Assembly (NCBI RefSeq): GCF_001194135.2
Contig: NC_068999.1
Span: forward strand, 54,206,905 to 54,270,904
DNA from: Octopus bimaculoides
Taxonomy: Eukaryota
Reading direction: 5' to 3'
DNA length: 64,000 nucleotides
The position numbers were made by a program, and so were the translations under genes. Positions 28,715-41,243 of this stretch are shown here, in pieces. Under the pieces are notes generated by a model. That model ran no database searches and was not told the DNA's origin. It worked only from the letters and a program-made list of their open reading frames with translations. Every line of letters starts with the position of its first letter. The stretch's first letter is position 1.

Positions 28715-31700
28715 GTTTAGGTTTTGAATTTGCTTTTAGGTACCACTGTTTTCGGCACATTTGGACCCAGTAGATTTTTATTTAAAAATTTTGTTATATA
28801 TAATTAGCACCATGGGATTCCTCTAATGGAGATCAATCAGAAAAGTTGAATTTAAATATAGTTTTCTTTTGAAATAAGAATAATATTTGGAGTCAAAGTC
28901 GATTCCAGGCATTGTTCTTCATTTTTTTCACCAATTTTTACCTCAGTACATTTTCTCACTGAATATTTTTGCATATAACATGGATAGATTCCTCTCACCA
29001 AGATCTATCATATAAGCTAAAATAAAATATAGATTTCTTTAAAAAAAAAAAAAAAAAATTGAACTCAAAGTTGATTTCAGGTATTACTCTCCTGTTTTTG
29101 ACCTCACGTATTTTACTGAAACTTTTTTTCTACCAAAGCAATTTTCAAATTTCATAGCTGAAAATGTAGCTTAGGATGTGACCAATCTAAGAATGTAAAC
29201 ATCATCTAATTTGGTTAAAAACTGAGCTAATGACAAAGCCTAGAATTGGTTGTGAGTGAGTAAATGTTGACCTTAAGAATATTATTCACACACTACCGTG
29301 TGTAAATAATAAACCGCAGCCGGTGAATCTGACTGACATTGCAACTTATTTTAGATGCCAATGTAACTACAAGCTGGCATCTTTCCAGTAGATAAGTAAA
29401 GGTTCACAAAAAATAGAATTAGGCTGAAATAGTTAACATTTGAGAATTTCATAGATGAGAAGACAAAAAAATTGTGATGCTTGCAAAAACATGGAAAGAA
29501 AACCTTATTGCAAAATTGTGTGTCACATTGTAATGTTTATTTTTGGTATCTTTTAGTCACTAATGAGACTGATTGAAGACTGAAGTCTGAGCAAGATGGT
29601 TAAGAATGGTACAAAGAACTGGCTATTGTCCATAGCAGGCAGTCACTCTCAGAAATACAAGTGTGTTGTAAAAGGAAAAGACCAACGTTGAAACAGTTTG
29701 GCAGTAATATTAACACAAGAGTTGAACTGTTGTTGTAGTGACAGCTGATCCTTTATCCAAAGAAAGTGTGGTTTTTTTTGGCTTTTTCTTTGAAGATGCT
29801 GTCAGCTACAATTTCTGACAGAAATGTCACTGTTCTTTTATTCTGCTGACAGGACGCAGGTTTGAACTCAGAGTGCACAGAACCAGAATAGGTACTGCAT
29901 GGCATTTTGTTCAATGCTCTAACAATTCCAATTCTGCCAGTCTACTGCCTGAAAGTGGTACTTTATTTATCAACCCACCAAAAAGATGGATGATAAGGTA
30001 AAGTTGACTCTCATGAAAGGCTAAATTGCCATAGAAAAATTATTTAAAATATGACAACAGTGACAGTGGTGATGATGAAGAGGATTCTGAAAATTTTTTT
30101 CACAGAAACTGCCAAAAACAAAAAGGTGGGATAGAATACAAACCTGCACTTCTCTGGATGTTCTTCTCTTTTCAAATGGAAATCTAAAGAAATTTTGGCA
30201 TCAAGCCCTATTCCAAAATAGTTATTCATCACACATTTTTCTGTATATTCTTCACTGAAATTAAACCAAATAAGAAAGAAATAAAAAGGAATATAAATAC
30301 TTCAATGAAACTCATACCTTTTGTACTCACCAACCATGTCTTCTGTTTTCAACTGAGTTTCTTCACTCAACCAGCCTTATACACACAAACTTTTTAACTT
30401 AAAAAATATGACAATTCTGAATCTGCCAAATCAGACTGGAGCCTGGTGTTGCCATCCGGTTTCACCAGTTCTCAGTCAAATCGTCCAACCCATGCTAGCA
30501 TGGAAAGCGGACGTTAAACGATGATGATGATGATGAATCGTGTGTCTGGTATAAGTAATCTTACATGTAACTCCTGTAAATCTTACACATACAAGATACT
30601 TAGCAGAAAAAGTGGTCCCCAGGGTGAACTGTAAAATTTGTTAAAGAGTCTAAACAAAAAAATGCCATTTATCAAAATATTATGATGATTTTAAATTTTG
30701 GCAACAAGTCAGTAATTTTAATGGGGGGAGGTTAGTCAATTACATCAACCCCAGTGCTCAACTGGTACTTATTTTATCAACCCCCAAAAGATAAAAGACA
30801 AAGTCAACCTCAGCTGAATTTGAACTCAGAACATAAAATGCAAGTGTGACTGTGTGGTAAGAAGTTTGCTTCCCAACCACATCATTGCAGATTCAGATAC
30901 ACTGCATGATACTTTAGGCGAGTGTCTTCTACTATAGCCTTGGGCTAACTAAGAGACTTATGAGTGGATTTGGTAGGCAGAAACTTTATAAAGCCCATTG
31001 TGTGTGTGTGTGTTTCCCCCCCCCCCCAACCACTTGGCAACCAGTATTAGTCTGTTTATGTTCTCATAACTTAGTAGTTTGGCAAAAAAAGATAGGAAGA
31101 ATAAGTACCAGCTTTTTGAAAGAAAAAAAAAAGGATTGGGATTGATTCTTTCAACTAAAAATTCTTCAAGGTGGTGCTCTAGCATGGCTGCAGTCTAAGG
31201 ATTGAAACAAGTAAGATATAAAATATAAGGAATTAGAAGAAATGCTGGTAAGCATTTTGTTCAACGCACCAACATTTTACGCAGTTTGCCAACCTTTCAA
31301 AATATAGTGAAGTAGTGATAACCATGTCTCAATTACGTCAACAGAGAACAACACAAACGGCTCAGAACAGGGGGAAACGTCTCACACCATTCAGTTATAA
31401 CCCTTTATATTCTCAGTTCAATCCCACCAAGGCTGGCTCATAACTTTCTATTTTCTAGATAGAATAAATCACCACTCAAATACTAAAGGTTACTATAAAT
31501 GACCATACCATTCTCAAACCAAATGTGTGGTGGTGCCTCTGTTAGAAATCATTCTTAATGAGTCATTTATTAATGACAGAAATAATTAATTTAGTAAATA
31601 TATAAAGTATATATTTTATATGTTTAAATATATTATTCAATTAAATATATTAATATAATTTAGTAAAAAATATTAAATATTTTGTAGATGCAGGCATGGC

Positions 31701-32880
31701 TGCGCGCTAAGAAGTTTGCTTCCCAACTACACTGCTCAGGGTTCAGTCCCACTGTGTGGCACATTGGGTAAATGTCTCCTGCTACAACCTCGGGCTGACC
31801 AAAGCCTTGTGAATGAATTTGATAGATGGAAACTGAAAGAAGCCCATTGTGTGTGCATGTGTATCTTTGTCCCCCACTACTGCATGATGGCCAGTGTCAG
31901 TGTGTGTATCTCTCCATGACTTAGTGGTTCAGCAAAAGAGATCAATAGAATAAGTACCAGGCTTTAAAAAAAAAAAATAAGTACTGGGGTTGATTCATTT
32001 AACCAAAAGAAATTTTCCAAGGCAGTGGCCTCAGAATAGCTACAGTCAAATGTTTGAAACAAGTGAAAAGAAAATTGTTTTAAATGGTTGTTTCGACATA
32101 AACAAAAAAGAATATTAAATACACAATTGAAAGTCAATAATCAAGGCATGAGTCCTTGGACAGAACCAGGTGTTTACTACACTATTAACTATACAATTAA
32201 CTACAGCATTTATATTTATATAAGGGCATTACTATAGAATAATGCCTCACACTAAGCTACCATAATAATGTGTTTATTATGGCAGCTTAGCATGAGGCAT
32301 TCTTCTATAGTAATGCTCTTATATAAATATAAATAAATATATTCCAGGGATAATCATGAGTTTTCCCTTATGAGTTTTTTTCACGCCAGCTTCTTGATAA
32401 AATTCTTGTAAAAGATTTTTATCCTATTATTGAATCAATTAACTACAGCATGTAGTTTATGTGGCACTGTCATCTTATAAGGCACACAACATCTTTATAT
32501 ACATACACATGCAAATACATATCTATTTACACAGATACTGGCATTCTGCTGATTACGACAAGGAGGGTTCCAGTTTATCCGATCAACTGAACAGCCTGCT
32601 CGTGAGATTCACGTGCAAGTGGTTGAGAACTCCACAGACACACACACCCGTAACATAGTTCTTGAGGAAATTCAGCATGACACAGAATGTAACAAGGCTG
32701 GCTCTTTGGAATACAGTTACTACTTGTTTTTGTCAAGTGACTGGACTGGAGCAACAAGAAATAAAGTGTCTTGCTCAAGGACACAACGTGCTGCTGGGAA
32801 TCGAACTCATGACCTTACAATCGTGAACCAAACACCCTAACCACTAAACCATGTATCTTCACACATAGTAACATTCAGAT

Positions 32881-32917
<37 letters not shown>

Positions 32918-35900
32918 TAGAGAAACATACAGATACATATAAAGATACACACATGCACATACACGTGACACTCATTACCATAATCCTCTTCAATTTAAAA
33001 CTTCTCTTCAATTTTTGTGTATTTCAGATGTGTTGTTTATGTGGCATAGCAGGCCCCAAACCAGAAGGAGCATGGGTTCCTTAAATGTTAAATGAGAGAG
33101 AAAGGAAAAGAGAAAGAGAGAGAGAGAGAGAGAGATGACAGAAATTATACTTACAGATGTATATCTTCTTCAATGAGTGGAGAAGCTGCAGCACATAATG
33201 CATCTGCATTGGCCAACAACACCTGACTGATAAAGCTGCCACCTGCAAGACGCCCAGCAATTGAACTGCTGATACCTAAAACAACAAGGTTGACATTTTA
33301 ATAGAAGGGGGATGAGATAAGGGGTGTATGATGATGAACAGCAGTGGTAATGGTGGTAGTTGTACTGATAGTGGTGCTGCTGTTGATGGTGGTGGTGGTG
33401 GTGGTGGTGGTGGTAGCGATAACAGTGAGGATGACGATGATAGTAGCAGTGGTCAAAGATAATGATGGTGGTGATGGTGTTGATACTGGCAACGATGGTG
33501 GTGGTGGTGGTGGCAATGGTGACGATGATAGTGTTGATAGCAGTGATGGTGGTGATACTGGCAATGATGACAATGGTGGTGGTGGTGGTTGTGGTGGTGA
33601 TGATGATGGAGGCAGTGGTGATGATGATGGTGTTGGTGTTGATGTGATAACAGTTATAAAGATGATGGGGGTGAAATGGAGACAGTTATCAAAACTCTGG
33701 GATTTAAAAAAAACAATAAAGATTTCTCTTTCAGGGACAAAACCAATTTTATTTCTTTCTGTCTCAGCAGATGAAAGGAATTTGCGATGACCNNNNNNNN
33801 NNNGGGGGGGGGGCGGATGCGGGCACAACTCTTGTACTGTCCTTCAACCAGAATTTTGGTTGGAATGTTTGCAACAACAGAGTGGAACTCTGCTAAAGGC
33901 CCACGAGGGACAGGTGGAGATGGCAGTAGTGGTGGTGGCGGTGGCGGCAGCACGAAATTGAGTGACAGATTTAAGTCTACCATTCAAGAACATCCAAAAG
34001 GATTCTACACAGTTTCACTCTCAAGATGTGAATGAACCTGATGCAACACAATGGGAATAAACATGGAACCACATGAATGCAAAGCACACTTCCTGATTAT
34101 ACAACTATACCGACATCTAAAAGAGGAGGTGGGATACCAAAAAACTGACTGAATCAATCCCTGACATATTATTACTTGCATCCTCTAATGAAGGGTTTTA
34201 CTGTAAATGGTAAGTCTCAATATATTACTGGTATTTTCATTTAGGATTTTTGCCCAAAATGTCAGATTTATCCGCTTTCTCACAGCAAACCAATTTTACT
34301 CCACTTTTAAACACTTAGTAGTCATTAACTGTTCAAAATGGAGAACTGAGGACTTGCTTGAGGATAATAATAATAATAATAATCCCCAAAACACTATTCT
34401 CATACTATGTCCTGTTTTACCCCAAGTAATTCATCATCAGCAGTCTCTGATAGACCAATCAAACAGCTAGACTCAGCAGAATAATATAAAATAAGGCGGC
34501 GATATATAATAATATATAATATATAAGAAGGAGGTGAGCTGGCAGAATCATTAGCACACCCGGGCAAAATGCTTAGCGGTATTTCATCTGCTATTACCGC
34601 CTGAGTTCAAATTCTGCCGAAGTCGACTTTGCCTTTCATCCTTTCGGGGTCGATAAATTAAGTACCAGTTATGCACTAGGGTCGATGTAATCGACTTAAT
34701 CTCTTTGTCTGTCCTTGTTTGTTCCCTCTATGTTAAGCCCCTTGTGGGCAATAAAGAAATAAGAATAATATAAAATAATATGGCAGATCCATTTAGAAAG
34801 GTGGAGGTTGAAATACCTCACCGTTTTCACAAATACAGCCTATAAACCAAGTAAACTCTACACACTCCAGACACAGAAAAACTAAACCCTATACCAGTCA
34901 TCTTATCCTCCAGGATTCTCCCTCTGCATAGGGTAGCAGCAGCTAAACTAGCAGGCTGAAAACTGTCGATCCCTCAATGTTTACAGAAGGTAGCAAAGAC
35001 TAAATGAGAAACAACAGCTCTAAAAATAGTAACAACAATGACAACAGAGCCATCATGATTACAGAAGACAGGAACAAAACAACAACACTAACAACAATAA
35101 CAGAGTCATAATGGCTACAGAAGAGATCCTGAACAATGAAAATAACAACAGCATAAACAACAGGATTTTTATTATCTTTATTCCTTTTCCTTCCTTCTTT
35201 GTTTTTCCCTCCATTTTCTCATTACATCTGTCTGTGTACCATATTTACTCAGGTACATGACACTCAGCTCTTCAGCACCACCACCACAACTGAAGCTGTG
35301 AAATTGTATCACAAAAGTCAGGTTGTCAGAGACTAAACTGGCAGCCCTACAAAGGGTGTTTTTCTAGCTATTTGGTCACCCTACAGGATTAAAAACAAGA
35401 AAAAAGGGTTAAATGTAGTCCTTGAAGAGTTGAAGCAAAGACTACAGGCTAAAGCTATGAAAATTAAGAGATATGATTAGAGAATTGAACAATATAAGAT
35501 CAACAAATTGTTACCTAAATTTCTATATCCTAGCGATGTTATGTCCTCCCAAAAAATCTAGATTTCTATACATAAATTTGTCCCCACATTGGAATTTTGG
35601 TGAGCTTACCTGCCTGCTTCCTTCGTCCCCACTTTCTCAACCTCCCTCCTCTTCGAATTGATTCTCAGTGCTGCTGTAGGCATTCACACGATAGGATGGC
35701 CATTTAACAGCTCCCCCCAAAAATGTGCAAGCCTTTTCCATTACTTTCTGTTTGTTAAAACTTTGAGATGTTTATAGATTTTTTTTTTTAATATATATCT
35801 TAACTACAATGTGATTTTCCATACATAGATTCCTTCATTGTAAATACGATGTGGTGTTTTATACTGTAGATTTTATTTTAAAATTTTGAGATGTTGTTTA

Positions 35901-37996
35901 TAAATTTCTACATCTTAAGCTATGCAAAATGGATACAAAAGAAAAGAACAAACAGAAAGCGAAGAATTATACTGGCATAGAAGAATTTGTGAGAAACAAA
36001 GTTAATAAGACATTTAGAATGAGTTGATAGATTGACAAGAGGCGAGTTGTAGAACAAAAGCATAAGAATAATGCTGGAAAGAACAAATAGAATAAGAGAT
36101 AAAGGTTATGGTTATGTGATATTGGAAGAATTGAAAGAAAGAGTAGTAGCAATCAAAGCAAAACTGGAAAGATGTGTCAACAGAAAAAGATAGTTCAGGC
36201 AAAACAGATTGTTTGAAGCGAATCAGAAGAAACTGTTTCAGGAACGAGATGAACTACATGTAACAATGACACCAGATGCAGAGGAGAGCAAGTGATTCTG
36301 AAGAGGGATCTGGGACTGACCTGTAGAGCATAATGATGAAGCAGAGTGGCTGCATGAAATCCAAGATAGGTTAAGGAATATAGAAGTCCAAGACATAAAG
36401 ATAACTACAGCAGTTAAGAAAATTCCAAAACTGGAAGAACCCAGGACTACATGGGGTCCAAGGGTAGATGGAATCAAGCACCACAACATGAAGGAAAAGA
36501 CAAAAAAAGAGTACTACAGTGAGTGAGAAAAATATTGGCTTTAAAGCTGAATGCCAGAGACATAATTTCGGCAATAAACTCATACACAGTTGCAGTAGTT
36601 CAGTATGGCACTGGAATCCTGAAGTAGACAGAGGAGGAGCTAAAGGAGATGGACAGGAAGTCAAGAAAGCTCCTAATGATGCATGGAGCCCATCATCCAC
36701 ATGCAGACACTGATCGCCAATACATGAAGAGAGCAAATGGAGAAAGGGGACTGATAAGTGTAAAGGACTGCGTGCATATCGAACTCAAGAGTTTAATGAG
36801 ATACCTAACCCAAAGTAAGGAAACCTTGTTAGTGACTGTTAGGAACGAGGGAGTATTGAGAGCAGAGAAAAGAAAGGGAAAACAAAGGAAGAAGTACAAA
36901 AAGGACATGAAGAAGAATTATGTCTATTTTTATTATGGACATTACTTCCTGCAGTAGTGAACATTAATGTTGACCCTAGTGTGACTTGGATACAGTCAGA
37001 CAAGAGATTGCATACTATAAACATGTAGCCTAGTGCTCTGCAAGCTTAGTGTAGCACTGTTAACACACACACACACACACACACATCTGTAGCTTCTCTT
37101 ATATAAACAGATGTGTACACTTATGCATATGTAGAGGGACAGAAATATGTGCACACAAGACATGACACTATGTTACATCTCTGAGTAGATCACATAGTTC
37201 TGTCTACACTTCATTCAATCTCTTAAGGGGAGAGGGAGGTGAGGATGGAAAAGGTCAGACTGTTGTAAAGGCCATTCCAAGTATTCAAGTAAATGTCAGA
37301 TAATGCATATTAATCAAACCCATGTCCAGAATGAGGGGAGAGATCATCACCACCACCACCATTTAATATCCACTTCCCATGCTAGTGTGTGGTGCTAGAC
37401 AGTTTAAGAGGAGCTGGCAACCCAGAGGACTGCACCAAGCTTTACTGTCTGGTTTGGATTGGTTTCTTTGACTGGATGCCCTTCCTAATGTCAACCACTT
37501 TACAGAGGATACTTAGGTGCTTTCTACAACAGGCACCAGTACCGGGTGTGAGGGACAAAAAGAAAGTTGAAAAAATTTTTTAATGTTAAAAAGCCTGAAT
37601 TAAAAATTAAGAAAATACAAACCGGTCATGTTAATCAAAGAACATTTTATAAAAATAAATGAATAAATAAAGAAACAAAACGTTTTAAAAAGCAAGAATG
37701 GTGTTTGTTAAAAATGACTTTGTTTGATGCATATTGTAGCTGAATATTCCTTAGTAAAAGCAGATATTAAAAGCTCAGCATGGTTATCAGCAAAATACCC
37801 AGCAAGTTGTCTTTTACGTTAGTAACACATTGACTGGTTCTAGTAGTGGTGATGAGACACGGGGAGGGCTGTTGTAGGGCAATCATTGTTCGTTAACAGC
37901 TTGGGTGTTAATCAAAGGAAAATACCAATGGCAAGTGAAACACTGGCTTCATACACACACACATACAAAGAAACATTTATATATACATATAAACAT

Positions 37997-38058
<62 letters not shown>

Positions 38059-41000
38059 GTATATATATATATACATGCACACATATATTATATAAATTAG
38101 CAACAGGCTGGAGGTTGGTAATCAATATATTATTTAGCTACATCTGGATGTGTGTGGGTTCATTTTTGATAATATGCTCATCTGTAGTTTATAACAAGAA
38201 AAAAGAGACATGGCTGACCTCATGCACTTCTCATGAGGAAACGAATACGGCAAATGAAAGATTAAAGATGGAACATACGAGAATTTATTATTAATCACGA
38301 CAATTGTTCTGACACATCTAGCATTGATTCCTTATGGGTGGGACTCAGAACAACTGATTCAGAAGCATCCGGAGATGTAGATGTATCTCGTCGGGTGATA
38401 AATAAATACAACTCATTAAAATGACTATTCTGCATTTTATAGAAATATCTTCATTTATATAGAGGTTCAAAAATAAAATCGCAGATGGCAAAAGGAGAAA
38501 CAAATACACAATCCATCGAGAAAAGTATTAAAAATAACTGTTAACAGATATGGATGTATAAACGCCCTCGGGCAAGCTACATGGCACGAGTACACTCGCT
38601 CATGTAGGCATCTTGAGAGTCGTTCAGACATTCTATTAATGATCTTCTTGTAAGTGCACAGAATAGATACAGATTCCTTGGAGCAGAGGTGGCATCTCTT
38701 GGAAATTATATTGTATGGTTTAGCATGCCTTACTATGGATCAATTAATGTTGTACTTAATTTTATCCTCCTTCAGTCATCATACAAAATCTGCCAAAGAT
38801 ATTGAATGTCTCTTATTGATTGTCTTAAAGCTGGCAACATGGTTACAATAACGATTCTTACATGAATCAGCCATCTGCCCAAAGAAAACATATGGCCCTC
38901 CCCTTGTGTGCACAGTACATTTATATACAAGATTTATACTCATACAGAGATTCATCAAGGGACATTTTGATTTTTCTCTGCATGAGCATTTATCATATTT
39001 ATTTGTATATAAGGCAGTCCCAACTCTATATACTGGCTTTGTTACCGTGTTAGCTGTATCATAAATATTTCTACTTCTACAAATTGGTCATAATTGGTGT
39101 TTATCATTGCAGTTTACATCTCCTTGGTTGATATTTAGATGCAAATGTTCGCTAAATCCAGTAGGTGTGTTATTGAACCTTTGTCGCATTTTGTTTATGC
39201 GATGCATAAGCTCCTCAAAATTAGGTGAGTTGGCATAGGATACCTTCACGGTGTGTTCATTAAAAATAGCATGATACTGATTAGATTTAAGAAAACACTT
39301 GTCCAAAGCAGCAAAAAATTGTAGGGGAAGTGTGAGAGGTCAGATCTGACCAGTTTGAACATAAAACAGGTAGAATGCCTTTGGTTTAAATGCTAAAGGG
39401 TTAATACTCCATGTGAAACAAAGACAATATTGTTGACTGCCACTGCACATGAGGGTTATTCTGAAAAGTCACCTTTCATTAAAATGTGAATGAAGCTTCA
39501 TCACTTGATAAACCTGGAAGATTTATCTAATTTTATCCATGGTCCTTGAGCCACACACAACATCCTTGGCCCCAACTCACACAATATGCCAATACTGAAC
39601 CCATATACCCTTATCAAACACACACAACATCTCTGTACCCAATCTCTGTACCCAATCTATGTACCCAATCTATGTACCCAATCTCTGTACCCAATCTATG
39701 CAACATCTCCAACCCAGGCAATAAAATACTGGGTTGCAAAAAGATGTAAGACAAGCTTGTTTGATACCAATTTGTAGCTAAACTCACTTGTAGTGAATAA
39801 GGTTAATAACTCAAATTGTAACAAAGGACAATAGTTGTACGTTGAATGTATTGAAATTCTTTGAACTGTTGGTTTTATTCCTCCAATTCCATATTATCTT
39901 CTTCCAAAATTAACATTTACCATTTACTTTGTGAAATGAGTTTACTGAAACCGTCGTTGTCCTTCTTCTCAACAAAATATAAATTTCAGTGCAAAGAAAT
40001 GATAATATCATAGTTTTTAAGATGGATAATGAACCATAGATAGAAGGCAATTCAAATGAAACATGCTTTAATGTGACAAAATTGGTAAGATGTTCTTCTT
40101 GACCCATGCACAATAACAAATGACTTTAAAGGGGTTTAATTTCTTTTTACTAATCAAAAAACTGAAAATTTGGTTAAAAAAAAACAAACCTACTCCAAAT
40201 TAAAGATATTCAATAAAATCTCAGTGATTAAACAAACAATCTCACATCTGAGAAGTGGTGCTTTAACTCAACAAAGTTATACTTAAGGGAATTTTTTTGT
40301 TTTGTTTTTTGACATGATTAGACACAAGCCTTATCAGACAAAGGGAACCAGATGAAATGTATTTTATAAGAAAATCTTCAGACAAGTTAGTGATTGACTT
40401 AAATTCCAAAAGCTTTGGAGAGAAAGACTTTATTAGTCAAGTTAAGATTATATGAAATTTTAGAAGAAATATTTTTCTAAGTGCAGCTGAAGATTAAAAA
40501 AAAGGCAATAGGAGCCAACAAAATGAAAAAAGGATAAAAAAAAATTAATAGTATGGTTTAGAGTTTAAGACAGAATTAATTATGCAGCAACAACAACAAC
40601 ACTGACAAAAAGCACAATTTGCATTCAGAGGTCAATGTCTAAATGACAAGATGGTTACAGAAGAAGAAGAAGAAGAAGAAGAAGAAGAAGAAGAAGAAAA
40701 TCAATCGGAGAAAAAGATGCTTGGTTTCAAAACACACAAGAAACACAAAATATTAAAATAGTGATGGGAAGACAAGACTGTTCCTCCAAAAAATACAAAA
40801 CTGAAATTGTTCAAAACTCAAGGAAAATGTGTCAAGTAACAATACCATTCCCATAGATCTATTTATAAGAAATATACTAAATAAAAACCCCAAAAGGTTC
40901 ATTAGAAATTTAACAAATACAGCCAGCCATTGATTTCTTTGTAAGAAATTTAACATGTACAGTCTCCATAGGTCTGTTTCCAAGATATATTAGGATCATG

Positions 41001-41209
41001 GAAGAGCAAAGACAAATTTCCATTGAAAACATGGACAAGCATCAAGGTTCTCTTAAAGTGCTTAGGTGACATATCATTCTCTTCATGTTTAAGTGATATT
41101 GTCTGTTGTCAATACTTGTTACCGGAAATGTTGTCTACTGTATTAGCTCAGATACACGATTGCATAATCTTATACTAAAACTGAAATATATGAATGAATG
41201 AACAAACAT

Positions 41210-41243
<34 letters not shown>

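Noticed and set aside
28811-29125. About 170-bp diverged tandem duplication upstream of exon S
   Set aside because: It contains no splice site or coding sequence, and nothing suggests function.
30331-30342. 12-nt microexon candidate with gtgagt donor
   Set aside because: The upstream region is purine-rich with no polypyrimidine tract.
33298-34035. Pro/Gly-rich ORFs including [15 protein letters not shown] as a possible extra exon
   Set aside because: Low-complexity sequence with no good phase-1 donor. Exon P joins exon Q without a gap relative to recalled homologues.
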